Shown here one piece after another: positions 20,818 to 30,860 of a stretch of DNA of 64,000 nt. The stretch lies in contig CAWAGQ010000002.1 in assembly GCA_963781585.1 (NCBI GenBank), forward strand, positions 96,001 through 160,000, written 5' to 3'. Under the pieces are notes generated by a model. The model worked only from the letters and a program-made list of their open reading frames with translations, was not told the DNA's origin and ran no database searches. Within the stretch, counting starts at the first letter, position 1; every line of letters starts with the position of its first letter. Origin of the DNA: an uncultured Gemmatimonadaceae bacterium. GTDB taxonomy: Bacteria; Gemmatimonadota; Gemmatimonadetes; Gemmatimonadales; Gemmatimonadaceae. The translations under genes and the position numbers were made by a program.

Positions 20818-21957
20818 ATGATGACGTACGAGGAACTCGTTCAGCTTCACCGGCGCACCGATGGGAGTCGTGTGCTCAGCGTCTATCTTCCCGGTCCGGC
20901 ACATGATCCCGCCTTGCGTGACGAGTCGATCACGCTGCTGGAACGCGGAGCGTCGCGCATCAGACAGGCGTTGTCCGAGGCCCCGCACCACGAGCGGGAA
21001 GCGTTTCTGGCAGCGACCGAACACGCGGTTCGCGCGCTGCAACGGGAGACGCGTCCCGGCGGCCGCGAAGGTATCGTGATCTTCTCCCAGGCTGAGGCGG
21101 TGCGGCACGTCGGATGGTTGTTCGCGAGTGCGCCCGTGGTGGTGGAGTGGCGCGACGGAATTGTCGTCGCGCCGTATCTGCGCTCTCTCGCGGACACGCG
21201 GCCGTCGATCGTGGTCCTCGTGGACTCACGTGCGGCACGCGTGCTCCGCCTGGAGGAGGCCGCTCTGGAGCCACTCGACTCCTTCGCGGTGGAGGTCCAC
21301 AGCGCCGAGCCGGTGCATATGGGGGAAGCGCCCCGGCCCGGGTTTCATCACGGCGTGCACGGAGCCACGGGCACTGACGAGACCATGCGGCGGGAAGCGG
21401 CGGCATTCAACCGCATGCTCTCGGAGCTGGTCCATCGCGTGGCGAGTCTGATGAGCCTGGACGTCTGGCTCGTGGTGGGCGGTATGCCAGAGAGCGTTCG
21501 GCACCTGGTGGCCGCGCTCCCCAGGGGGATGAACAGCAGGGTGCAGGTCGTCGGTGGGCTGACGACCACATCGAGTGACGCGGGCGTTGTCCGTGCCGCG
21601 ACGGTGGCGATCGAGGAACTGGCGCGACGCCGCGACAGCGTGCTTGTCGAGCTTGTTCTCGATCGGGCAAAGGCCGGCGGACGTTCGGCCAGCGGCTGGC
21701 GTCAGACCCGGATCGCTCTCGAAGAGCGGGCGGCGAGCGAGGTCCTGCTGTCTCGCCGCCTGCTGGAGGGTTCCCTGGAACGAGCCGAGACCCTGGCGCG
21801 GATGGCGATGGATGGGGGTGCGCGCGTGGACGTCGTTACCGGCGAGGGTGCACTGCACCTCGATCGCGACTCCGGCGGCGTCGCTGCCGAGCTACGCTTT
21901 CCCTTGCCCTTCGATGCCCTGTTCGCCGGAGCGCTGAACGCTGTGGTGAAAGGCTGA
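20818..21957 (+). CDS. bacterial eRF1/aRF1-like (baeRF) protein
   Basis: VLSVYL N-terminus, IVVLVDSRAARV RNaseH-like core, LVVGG, C-terminal L7Ae-like GGVAAELRF; GGGAGG RBS. Confidence 0.75.
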   Translation: MMTYEELVQLHRRTDGSRVLSVYLPGPAHDPALRDESITLLERGASRIRQALSEAPHHEREAFLAATEHAVRALQRETRPGGREGIVIFSQAEAVRHVGWLFASAPVVVEWRDGIVVAPYLRSLADTRPSIVVLVDSRAARVLRLEEAALEPLDSFAVEVHSAEPVHMGEAPRPGFHHGVHGATGTDETMRREAAAFNRMLSELVHRVASLMSLDVWLVVGGMPESVRHLVAALPRGMNSRVQVVGGLTTTSSDAGVVRAATVAIEELARRRDSVLVELVLDRAKAGGRSASGWRQTRIALEERAASEVLLSRRLLEGSLERAETLARMAMDGGARVDVVTGEGALHLDRDSGGVAAELRFPLPFDALFAGALNAVVKG

Positions 21958-22087
21958 ACACGCGTAGGTCTTTCCCGGTCGCCGAATCCGCAATCGCACG
22001 GACAGCGCAGCGGGGCGCGTCGATGCACTATGTACGAGCACGGAAGAAGGCACTCATACAATGCAGGGAACAGCAGGGAGGGGACAC

Positions 22088-22567
22088 ATGACAAGGCTTA
22101 CGTTGACGCGGCCGACGCCGCTCTTTCCGAGCGTCGCTCGCGAAATGGATGAGATGCAGAATCGGCTCCGCAGGTTCTTCGGCGAAAACTTTCCAACCGA
22201 GAACCTGGGCTCCGCCGAGCCTCTGGTGTGGCTGCCGGTCGTCGAGATCGCTGAGGTGGACAACGAGCTCGTTCTGACGGCTGAGCTGCCGGGCATGACA
22301 AAGGAGAACGTGGATCTCACGTTCGAGGACGACGTGCTGACGATTCGTGGGGAGAAGAAGGAGGAGAAGGAGGAGAAGAACGGCGAGAAGCGGTATCATC
22401 TGTTCGAGCGCACCTACGGGGCGTTCCAGCGCTCGTTCACCCTTCCCCGGACGATCGACTCCACCAAGATCGCCGCGGCGTTCAAGGACGGCGTGCTGAC
22501 GGTGCGCCTGCCCAAGACGGAACAGGCCAAGATCAAGGGACGGAAGATCGACATCCTCACGAAGTAG
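22088..22567 (+). CDS. Hsp20/alpha-crystallin small heat-shock protein
   Basis: AELPGM, LTIRGEK, ERTYGAFQRSFTLP, FKDGVLTVRLPK. Confidence 0.96.
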   Translation: MTRLTLTRPTPLFPSVAREMDEMQNRLRRFFGENFPTENLGSAEPLVWLPVVEIAEVDNELVLTAELPGMTKENVDLTFEDDVLTIRGEKKEEKEEKNGEKRYHLFERTYGAFQRSFTLPRTIDSTKIAAAFKDGVLTVRLPKTEQAKIKGRKIDILTK

Positions 22568-22671
22568 GGTGCGCACCTCTCCGAGGAGAGACGGATGAGG
22601 ATCTGAGATCTGCATCCATGCGCACGCAGCGGCGGGCTCGTCCAACGATGCCCGCCGCTTAGTTTTGCCGG

Positions 22672-23568
22672 ATGCGGATCCGCCGCGAGGCTCCGACGAC
22701 CCCCCTTCCACCTGACGAGTGGTACCCGGCGGGGATCCAGGGTCTGACGGCACGGGTGATCGACCTGCCTACCCGGGAGCGGGTGCGCGTGGTGGAAGCG
22801 GGCCCGGGCAACGGCGCGGCGATCCTGCTGCTCCACGGGTGGGGGGCGTCGGCCTATAACTTCCGGCACGTGCTTCCTCTGCTTGCTGCAGCGCGACTGC
22901 GGGGAATAGCCCCCGACCTTCGCGGCCATGGACTCACCGCCAAGCCGGCCGAACCGGCGCTGTACTCGTCCGCGGCAATGGTCCGGTTCGTGCTCGATGT
23001 GATGGACGCGCTGGACCTCAGACGGGTTGTGGTCGTCGGGCAGTCGATGGCGGGAGCGCTGGCGCTCGACGCGATGCTGGCGGCCCGGAGCCGGTTTACA
23101 GGCGCAGTCCTGCTCGCCCCCATAGGGCTGACCAGCATCCGTCGGGTGTCTGTCGCGCGTCTCGTGCGCGCCGACCGCTGGCTTCGCGGGCCCGTGTCGC
23201 GGATGGCCATCGAGCTTCTCCTGCGACGCGTATACGGCACCATTCGTCGATTTACCGACCGCGACGTTGACGAATACTGGGCGCCGTCGCAGCAGCCTGG
23301 CTACCTCGCCGCACTGATGGCCCTGGTGATGCGCTTCGACTGGTCGCCGCGTGTCCCCGAATCTCTGCATTCCATCGGGGAGAGCGTACAGATCCTGCTT
23401 GGTCAGCGAGACAAGCTGATCCCCGCGTCACGCGCGGCCGAGGTTGCGAGAAGCGCCGCGGTTGCGTCGGTCGAGATCGTCCCCGGCGCCGGGCACCTCG
23501 TGGCCGAGGAGGCGCCCGAACGTGTCCTGCGGGCTGTTGGACGAGCTCTGCGCCGGGGGCTGGCTTAG
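22672..23568 (+). CDS. alpha/beta hydrolase
   Basis: LLHGWG, DLRGHG, GQSMAG, GAGHLV. Confidence 0.88.
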   Translation: MRIRREAPTTPLPPDEWYPAGIQGLTARVIDLPTRERVRVVEAGPGNGAAILLLHGWGASAYNFRHVLPLLAAARLRGIAPDLRGHGLTAKPAEPALYSSAAMVRFVLDVMDALDLRRVVVVGQSMAGALALDAMLAARSRFTGAVLLAPIGLTSIRRVSVARLVRADRWLRGPVSRMAIELLLRRVYGTIRRFTDRDVDEYWAPSQQPGYLAALMALVMRFDWSPRVPESLHSIGESVQILLGQRDKLIPASRAAEVARSAAVASVEIVPGAGHLVAEEAPERVLRAVGRALRRGLA

Positions 23569-25004
23569 CGCGCCACGGTTGTCGCCTTCAGCACCAGGAT
23601 CGGTCCCAGATGCAGGGCCTCGATGCCGCTGCGTATCTTCGACAAGTCACCCACCACGACAACCGTCGCGGCGTCGGGCCTCAGATACTCGCGCGCCACC
23701 CGCTGGACGTCGGCCGGTGTCACGGTGCGCACGCGGGCCGCGAATTGCGGTAATTCTTCGAGCGTCAGTCCGAAGTCGCCCAGCGACGCGATCTGCGCCG
23801 CCACTTGCGATGTGGACTCGAGTCCAGTCGGCAGGCGCAGCTGAACGTAGGCTTTGGCGCGCGCCAGCTCGTCCTCCGGAACCGGCTCGTCGCGCAGCGC
23901 ACGCAGCTCCTTGAAGAACTCCACGAGGGAACTGTCGGTCACATTGGTCCGTACAGCCGCCGACGCAGTAAAGGGCCCGGGCACGACCCGGTACGCAAAT
24001 CGTGAATTGGCGCCGTAGGTGTAGCCCCTCTTCTCGCGCAGGTTCATGTTCAGGCGCGAGGTGAACGCGCCGCCGAGCAGCGAGTTCATCACCGTGAGGG
24101 ATGCGTAGTCGGGCGAACGGCGATCGGCACCGGTCCACCCGATGATGATCACGCTCTGCGCGGCGTCGGGCTTGTCAACCATAACGACCTGGGTCGACGT
24201 GGCGGGCGCGACAGCTTGCACTGGTGCCGGTGACGCAGCTGCGCCGTGTGCGCGCCAGTCCGCAAACCGCGCCGAGATGAGGGACCACGCCTGCGACTCC
24301 GTGATATCGCCGACGACGATCATCCGTGCGCGATCAGGGCGCATGACGTCGGCATAGAATCCGCGCACCCGGGTCGAATCGAACGCTGCCACGGAAGCGC
24401 TGTCGCCCTGCGTGCTGTTGTGATACGGATGGTCCGCGGGATACAGCGTCTGATTGAACGCGAGATCGGCCAGTGCATTGGGCGAGTCGCGTTGCTGCAG
24501 TAGACTGGTCAGGCGCAGGCTGCGCTGTCGCTCCACCTCGGCGGCTCGAAAGGTTGGTCGCAACACGACATCGGCCATGAGATCCAGTGCCGCTGCCAGC
24601 GAGCGCGTCGGCACCTTGAGACTCACGGTGAAATCGTCCCAATCCGCTCCAGCAAAGAAGTTGGCGCCAAGGAAGGCGAATTCGCTCTGGAGAGTCGTGG
24701 CGTCTCGGCTTCCCGCACCTTGCCGCATCATGTTGGCGGTGAACGAGGCCAGGCCCGGGACATCGCCATCGGATCGTGATCCGCCCGTCACCACGAGAAG
24801 AACCTGCACCAGCGGCAGCTCGTGCTGTTCCACGACTTCGACCTGCAGCCCGCTCGGCATGGTGCGTGTTCGCACCGTCGGCACCGCGAGCCGTGGAGGC
24901 GGTGGCACGGCCGGCGGAGTCGGGTACGCGGACGTCTGAGCGCCCAGCAGGGCGGGCCCGAGCACCGCTGGGAGGATGAGGTGACGACAGAATCGCATGG
25001 TCAC
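23565..25004 (-). CDS. M16 peptidase family, non-catalytic subunit
   Basis: GLASFTANMM in place of HxxEH; GGAFTSRLNMNLREKRGYTYG; signal peptide. Confidence 0.88.
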   Translation of the reverse strand: MTMRFCRHLILPAVLGPALLGAQTSAYPTPPAVPPPPRLAVPTVRTRTMPSGLQVEVVEQHELPLVQVLLVVTGGSRSDGDVPGLASFTANMMRQGAGSRDATTLQSEFAFLGANFFAGADWDDFTVSLKVPTRSLAAALDLMADVVLRPTFRAAEVERQRSLRLTSLLQQRDSPNALADLAFNQTLYPADHPYHNSTQGDSASVAAFDSTRVRGFYADVMRPDRARMIVVGDITESQAWSLISARFADWRAHGAAASPAPVQAVAPATSTQVVMVDKPDAAQSVIIIGWTGADRRSPDYASLTVMNSLLGGAFTSRLNMNLREKRGYTYGANSRFAYRVVPGPFTASAAVRTNVTDSSLVEFFKELRALRDEPVPEDELARAKAYVQLRLPTGLESTSQVAAQIASLGDFGLTLEELPQFAARVRTVTPADVQRVAREYLRPDAATVVVVGDLSKIRSGIEALHLGPILVLKATTVAR

Positions 25005-26365
25005 TGGATTGGCCCCCGGGTTGCCGCAAGCTCCCGCTTGCCGAGCGGTACGATGCTGAGCGTGACACGCGGCGCGAGGAGATACGTCTTCACCACACGT
25101 TTGACGTCTTCGGCCGACACAGCGCGCAACCGGTCGAGCTCTGCCTGAAAGCCGTCGGGCTTGCCGGTGAAATAGTAGTAGGCGTTCAGTTGCTCCGCCT
25201 TTCCGTTCACGGACTCCAGACGACCAAGAAACGATGCTTCCTTCGCGTTCTTCGCTTGCTCGAGCTCGCGCGGCGTCGGTCCCTCGTCGGCGAGCCGGCG
25301 CAGCTCGCGATCGATCGCCGCGCGCAGGGAATCGAGGACCTGGCCGGGTCGCGCCGTGGCGATCACATAAAAATCGCCATCGAGCCGTTTGGAATCATTT
25401 CCTGCGACAACGTCGCGCGCGATTTCCCTCTCATAGACGAGATTATTGGTGAGGCGCGCATTGCGGGCGCCCGTGAGCAGATATTCCACGATGTCGAGGG
25501 CAGGGTCGTGCTCGCTGTATGCCTTGATGGTGTGCCACGCCAGGTAGATGCGCGGAAGCTGCACGCGGTCTTCGGCCACAATGTTCGTGTCGCGCAGGGC
25601 GAACGGGGCGGGGGCGGGACGCGTGATTGCCGGGCCTCGCGGAATGCCGGAGAAGTATGCCTTCACCAGGCGGCGCACCGAATCGGCCTTCACATCGCCG
25701 GAGACGACGATCGACGCGTCGTTCGGTGCATAGTATCGACGGAAAAACTCCTTCACGTCGTCCAGCGACGCCGCCGACAGGTCGGTCATCGAGCCGATCA
25801 CCGACCAGGAGTACGGATGGTCCTTCGGGTAAATCGCGCTGGGAAGTATGTCGGTGTCGATTCCGTACGGCGGGTTGTCCACGCGTTGCCGCCGCTCGTT
25901 CTTCACCACGTCGCGCTGAAGGTCGACCTTCGGTGCGTCCATGGTCGGGAGCAGCCAACCCATCCGGTCCGCCTCGAGCCACAGCATCATCGCGAGCGCG
26001 CTCGACGGCCCCCACTCGTAGTACGACGTCCGATCCTCACTCGTGGTGCCGTTATTGCTGGCGCCAGCCGCCTCGAGCAGCCGATCGAACTGGGGATACG
26101 GTGCGTGCTCGGAACCCATGAACATCAGGTGCTCGAACAGGTGGGCGAACCCGGTCCGTCCGGGTTTCTCATCGCCCGAGCCGACGTGAAACCACACGTT
26201 GGTCGCAACCATCGGGACCGAGTGGTCCTCGTTCACGATCAGCGTGAGTCCGTTCGGGAGCGTGTCGACGGTCACCGGCACGCGAATTCGGGTTCCTTGC
26301 GCCACGGCAGGCGACGCAAGGAGGGCGAACAGCATCCCGCTCGAGACTGTCGTGCGAACGTTCAT
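25001..26365 (-). CDS. M16 zinc peptidase, catalytic subunit
   Basis: GFAHLFEHLMF, NGTT, EADRM, VKNERR. Confidence 0.92.
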   Translation of the reverse strand: MNVRTTVSSGMLFALLASPAVAQGTRIRVPVTVDTLPNGLTLIVNEDHSVPMVATNVWFHVGSGDEKPGRTGFAHLFEHLMFMGSEHAPYPQFDRLLEAAGASNNGTTSEDRTSYYEWGPSSALAMMLWLEADRMGWLLPTMDAPKVDLQRDVVKNERRQRVDNPPYGIDTDILPSAIYPKDHPYSWSVIGSMTDLSAASLDDVKEFFRRYYAPNDASIVVSGDVKADSVRRLVKAYFSGIPRGPAITRPAPAPFALRDTNIVAEDRVQLPRIYLAWHTIKAYSEHDPALDIVEYLLTGARNARLTNNLVYEREIARDVVAGNDSKRLDGDFYVIATARPGQVLDSLRAAIDRELRRLADEGPTPRELEQAKNAKEASFLGRLESVNGKAEQLNAYYYFTGKPDGFQAELDRLRAVSAEDVKRVVKTYLLAPRVTLSIVPLGKRELAATRGPIQ

Positions 26366-26552
26366 CGCGTTTCCTCACATGGGCGATCGAGTGCGAGCGG
26401 CAGGCGCTCCTGGACGATGGTACGCTCGGTCGCAAAGCGCCGGAACCGCGTCCGCCGCGGAGGGGGCGAACCGATTACGTTTCGTCAATGTATTCGCTCG
26501 TGACATCCTCACGCGCCCCCGCACCGGCAGCCGCGACGCCTTCCCGAACCGC

Positions 26553-27761
26553 ATGACGGTACTCGAGACGCCCTCATCTGATTCCCTTTCGACGGCCGTC
26601 GATGAGGCCGTCACCGAAGCGCCGACTTCCGCATTCGATGACCTTGGCCTGGGCCCGGAGCTGCTGCGGGCAGTGCGCGACGCGGGTTACACGGAGCCGA
26701 CCCCGATCCAGCGCGACGCCATCCCGCTCGTGATGGCGGGACGCGACGTCATCGGTCTCGCACAAACGGGAACCGGGAAGACCGCTGCCTTCACACTCCC
26801 GATAGCCCAACGGCTCTCACGAGGGCCCAGCCGTATACGAACTCTGGTCCTCACGCCAACGCGGGAGCTCTGTCAACAGGTGGAACGGAGCTTCAAGGCC
26901 TACGCCAGCCACACCAACCTGCGCATCTCTTCCATATATGGCGGCGTTCCCATGGGTCCGCAGGAACGCGCACTGCAGGCGGGCCTGGATGTCGTGGTTG
27001 CCACGCCGGGACGCCTCATCGACCACGTTGAGCGGCGAAACGTGTCACTGGAGTATCTCGAGATCCTGGTGCTGGACGAAGCCGATCGGATGCTCGACAT
27101 GGGCTTCGCTCCGCAGATCAACCGGATTGTGGCGGTCATTCCTCCGTATCGTCAGACCCTGCTGTTCAGTGCAACCATGCCTCCCGAGGTGGAGGTGCTC
27201 GCCAGGAAGTACATGCGTCGACCGGTGGTGGTGCAGGTGGGACGCCGATCCATGGCAGCCACCACGGTAAGCCATGCCGTGTATCCCGTGCGGCGCGATC
27301 GGAAGAGCGACCTCCTGGTTGAGTTGCTCAACAAACCGGAGATGGACGCCGTCCTGGTTTTCACCCGAACGAAGATCGGCGCTGACCGCGTTGTCAGGCA
27401 GCTTCACCGCGCAGGGATCGAGGCAACCGCGCTGCACGCAGACAAGCGGCAGGCCGAACGCGACCGCGCGCTCGACGATTTCAAGCACGGACGGATCCGC
27501 GTACTGGTTGCGACCGACATCGCTCAGCGCGGCCTCGACATCAGCGGCATCTCGCACGTGATCAACTACGACGTGCCACAACAGGTCGAGGACTACGTCC
27601 ATCGGATTGGCCGCACCGGGCGAGCCGCGCAGACCGGTGATGCCTATACCTTCATGTCACCGGACGAGATCGCCATGGTGCGGCTCATCGAGCGGGTGAT
27701 CGGGCAGGAGATCGAACGGGTTTCGGTTCCCGGGTTCGACTTCGGAACCATCGCCGAATAG
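26553..27761 (+). CDS. DEAD-box RNA helicase (RhlE-like)
   Basis: Q motif PTPIQ, AQTGTGKT, PTREL, DEAD, SAT, HRIGRTGRA. Confidence 0.95.
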   Translation: MTVLETPSSDSLSTAVDEAVTEAPTSAFDDLGLGPELLRAVRDAGYTEPTPIQRDAIPLVMAGRDVIGLAQTGTGKTAAFTLPIAQRLSRGPSRIRTLVLTPTRELCQQVERSFKAYASHTNLRISSIYGGVPMGPQERALQAGLDVVVATPGRLIDHVERRNVSLEYLEILVLDEADRMLDMGFAPQINRIVAVIPPYRQTLLFSATMPPEVEVLARKYMRRPVVVQVGRRSMAATTVSHAVYPVRRDRKSDLLVELLNKPEMDAVLVFTRTKIGADRVVRQLHRAGIEATALHADKRQAERDRALDDFKHGRIRVLVATDIAQRGLDISGISHVINYDVPQQVEDYVHRIGRTGRAAQTGDAYTFMSPDEIAMVRLIERVIGQEIERVSVPGFDFGTIAE

Positions 27762-27859
27762 GCGAACGCAACGATCCGGCGCTCGTAGTCTGGTGGTCCG
27801 ACGGCACGGCAGTCTCGTGGAGGGGCCGTCGACCCGACAATTGACCTCGCCGGGAAATG

Positions 27860-28279
27860 CTATCGACGCACGCGTCCCAGTCTGGAAACGGTGATGGTGT
27901 CGGCGGCCCCGCCTTTGGCCACGATCAGCCGAGTGTTCGCCGCTCCGAATCCCATGCCATTGGGCGCGTATGCGATGGAGTCGCGCGTTGCGACAAGGCG
28001 CACGCCGTGGGCGGCGCCCAGTGCCCGGCGCAAAATGGTGTCCGGTCCGGCAAAGACGGTCATGGTGGCCGTTGCCGAGTCGGCGGTGACAGCGGTGGTG
28101 ACGCCGCGCCGGATGGCGGCATGTCGGGCCGTTGCGAGCAGTGCCACGACCGATGCCGCAGCGGCGTCAGCGGCAACGCGGTCCCGCATGGCGGTGAACC
28201 GCGGCACGGCGATGAGTGTCATGAGCCCGATCACCGAGAGTGCCACGCCGAGCTCTATCAATGTTGTACCGCGGCGCAT
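27860..28279 (-). CDS. type IV pilin-like protein (GspH/FimT family)
   Basis: Class III signal RRG|TTLIEL followed by hydrophobic helix; C-terminal SRLGRVR. Confidence 0.85.
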   Translation of the reverse strand: MRRGTTLIELGVALSVIGLMTLIAVPRFTAMRDRVAADAAAASVVALLATARHAAIRRGVTTAVTADSATATMTVFAGPDTILRRALGAAHGVRLVATRDSIAYAPNGMGFGAANTRLIVAKGGAADTITVSRLGRVRR

Positions 28280-28477
28280 GATGATCTTCCTCCGAGCGTG
28301 CGGGCCAACATGGCACAGCGGGCCCCCGCGAGCGCCATCATCCGAGCGCACCCGGTACCTTCTGTACGCGTTGCGGTGCTCGACGTGTGGGGGGGCGGGC
28401 TCCCGCCGAGCACGCCTGACCTGTATCCTCTGAACAGGCCATAGGTCATAGGCCTACGCCCCTACCACACCTCCATC

Positions 28478-28714
28478 ATGCGCATTCGTCCGGCGGTTCC
28501 GCTCCTCATACTCGTGGTGTGGTCGTGCCTGCCCTCGAAACAGGACGTGGACTCGGCGCAGGCGATCATCGAAATCGGTGACGCACTGAACGACATACGC
28601 CAGACTCAGTCAGACCTCCAGGAGCAGATCGATTCGCTGCGTGTCGAGGTCGCAAAACGCGATTCTGTTGTCCGGCAGTTGGCGAATCTGGCGGGTGTGG
28701 TAATTCCACCCTGA
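28478..28714 (+). CDS. small putative lipoprotein with coiled coil
   Basis: Hydrophobic signal ending VWSC; heptad LQEQIDSLRVEV. Confidence 0.65.
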   Translation: MRIRPAVPLLILVVWSCLPSKQDVDSAQAIIEIGDALNDIRQTQSDLQEQIDSLRVEVAKRDSVVRQLANLAGVVIPP

Positions 28715-28759
28715 GAAATAGGTTCTTCTCGACAGGTGTTCACCTTCGTCAACGTGGCC

Positions 28760-28996
28760 ATGCACATCACCATCCGCTATTGCGTCGTCTGACACTACGA
28801 ACCACGGGCCGTCAGTTTGGCGGCCGAGATTCGCGAACGGTACCCCGAAGCCAGGATCGATCTGTTCGAGGGAAGTGGCGGCGTCTTCGAGGTGACGCGC
28901 GACGGCGTGCTGATCTTCTCGAAGCGGCAGCTGCATCGTCACGCAGCCCCCGGCGAGGTGATGGCGCTCCTGGCCTCCGGCGGCTCGGCGCATTGA
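28760..28996 (+). CDS. SelW/Rdx-family selenoprotein (CxxU)
   Basis: MHITIRYCVV-U(TGA 28790-28792)-HYEPRAVSLAAEI...GSGGVFEVTRDGVLIFSK; absent from the ORF track because of the UGA. Confidence 0.9.
28805..28826 (+). promoter_or_regulatory. putative bacterial SECIS hairpin
   Basis: GGCCGUCA-GUU-UGGCGGCC, an 8-bp stem whose loop G lies 23 nt after the UGA. Confidence 0.7.
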
Positions 28997-29075
28997 CGCG
29001 ACCCTCCGCCGGATTCAGAGCGCCGCGCCTGCGCGGGGGACGTCCGCGCCGCCTGCTCCGCAGGAACTGAGTTCG

Positions 29076-30155
29076 ATGCGAATCGCCATCTCGACCGGCG
29101 GCGGCGACGCGCCAGGACTCAACGCGGTGATTCGCGCGGCGGCTCTCTCAGCGATCAGCCGCGGTTGGGAGGTCCTCGGGATCTGTCGAGGCTACTACGG
29201 CCTGCTGGGTGAGGACGAGATCATACCGCTGACGCGCGAACGGGTACGTGGTATCGCGCACCTCGGCGGCACCATTCTCCGCACGACCAATCGTGGCAAC
29301 CCCTTCCTGTTTCCGGTGCGACAGGCCGATGGCACGCATCGATCGGTCGACCGCTCCGATGACATCCTCAGCAACGCACGCGGGCTCGGTGTCGAGGCGC
29401 TGATCTCGATCGGTGGGGACGGATCGCTGGCGATTGCCCAGCGGCTGTTCGAAAAGGGGATGCACGTGGTTGGTGTGCCCAAGACGATCGACAACGATGT
29501 GAGCGGGACGATCACGACATTCGGATTCGACACTGCGGTCAACACCGCCATCGAAGCAATCGACAGGCTGCACACTACCGCCGAGAGTCACGACCGCGTG
29601 ATCGTGATGGAAGTCATGGGCCGGCATGCGGGATTCATCGCGCTGCACGCGGGTGTGGCGGGAACTGCGGATGTGATCCTCATTCCCGAGATTCCCTACC
29701 AGATAGAGCGTGTCTGCGACAAGATCTGGTCCCGGGATCGCAGCGGACGGCACTTTTCGATCGTGGTCGTCGCAGAGGGCGCATTCCCCGTGGGAGGACA
29801 GGCGGCCTTTGTGGGCGATGAGGTGCCGGGCGAAGAGCGTCGCGTTGGAGGGATCGCGGGCCGGATTGCGTGGCAGATTCAGGAACGAACCGGGAAGGAG
29901 GCGCGTTCGCTGGTCCTGGGCCACCTGCAGCGCGGTGGACCGCCAACTGGTTACGATCGGTTGCTGGCCACCCGATTTGGTGGAGCCGCGGTGGAGGCGG
30001 TTGAGCGGGAACAGTGGGGGTTCATGGTGGCACTGCAGTCGCCCCACATCGTCGCCATTCCCATCGCGGAGGCGATCCGCGAGCCCAAGCGCGTGGATCC
30101 GCAGCACGACGTGGTGCGGACGGCGCGGGCCACAGGCATCTCGTTTGGTGACTGA
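29076..30155 (+). CDS. pfkA: 6-phosphofructokinase (PfkA family, probably ATP-dependent)
   Basis: TGGGDAPGLN, GGTIL, GGDGS, PKTIDND, EVMGR, LGHLQRGG. Confidence 0.94.
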   Translation: MRIAISTGGGDAPGLNAVIRAAALSAISRGWEVLGICRGYYGLLGEDEIIPLTRERVRGIAHLGGTILRTTNRGNPFLFPVRQADGTHRSVDRSDDILSNARGLGVEALISIGGDGSLAIAQRLFEKGMHVVGVPKTIDNDVSGTITTFGFDTAVNTAIEAIDRLHTTAESHDRVIVMEVMGRHAGFIALHAGVAGTADVILIPEIPYQIERVCDKIWSRDRSGRHFSIVVVAEGAFPVGGQAAFVGDEVPGEERRVGGIAGRIAWQIQERTGKEARSLVLGHLQRGGPPTGYDRLLATRFGGAAVEAVEREQWGFMVALQSPHIVAIPIAEAIREPKRVDPQHDVVRTARATGISFGD

Positions 30156-30237
30156 GGGATGGTCGCGGCGATGCTGCCGGGTCCTCGGGCTGCGGCCTCA
30201 CGGGACCCCCGGCGCGGGTGCCGGTGTACAGCCGAAC

Positions 30238-30311
30238 GAGCCCGAGGACGGGTGTCCTGCTTGACCGATCGCACTGTCCCCCTGTGCGGACGTCCTCGGG
30301 CTCAACTTTTT
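30238..30311 (+). terminator. 13-bp stem with long structured loop followed by a T-tract, downstream of pfkA
   Basis: GAGCCCGAGGACG (30238-30250) / CGTCCTCGGGCTC (30291-30303), then AACTTTTT. Confidence 0.5.
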
Positions 30312-30444
30312 GCCCGTGCCTATCCCGAAGTGACTGCCGCCACTATGTTTACAGCGCGACAGCTGGGGATGAGCGATGGGCACCGATCGTGCGGAGGCAG
30401 TTAACTCCGGTATGTGTCAGTCGATTGGTCGCTGGAGCAAGCCG

Positions 30445-30832
30445 ATGCCGCACCGAATCCTCAAGGTCGTAAGCAGTGCCGGAGCTCTCTGGTTGGCGGT
30501 CCCGGTCGCGGGCGCACAGAAGCCCGTGCCCAAGCCGCTGGTGCCGACGCCACCGCCGTCCCAGGTGGAGGTTCCCCGCGACTTCCGGCCGCCTCAGGGC
30601 ATGTGCCGGGTCTGGATCGACAAGGTCCCCGCCGGTCAGCAAGCCTGCGCCCACCGACTGCGCCAGCGCGATTCGTAACCGGCCGCCTAACGCGCGGGTG
30701 ATATTCAGCGAGGATTCGCAGCGGCGCATCAGGTCGAAGGGGCGGGACAGCGTGGAGGACGGCAAGGCCGCCCCCCGCAAACCCGCAAGCCGCAAGCCGG
30801 TCAAGAAGCCTCCCGAGCCGCCGGGATCCTGA
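30445..30832 (+). CDS. small secreted Pro/Cys-rich protein, frameshifted near 30640
   Basis: Signal peptide, then PPQGMCRVWIDKVPAGQQ continuing in the +1 frame as PAPTDCASAIRNRPPNARVIF. Confidence 0.65.
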
Positions 30833-30860
30833 ACGACCGCGCCCCATACCCGGGCGCCGA

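Noticed and set aside
28780..29070. 96-aa ORF from the track
   Set aside because: It is in the wrong frame. The real gene is the UGA-containing Rdx selenoprotein at 28760-28996.
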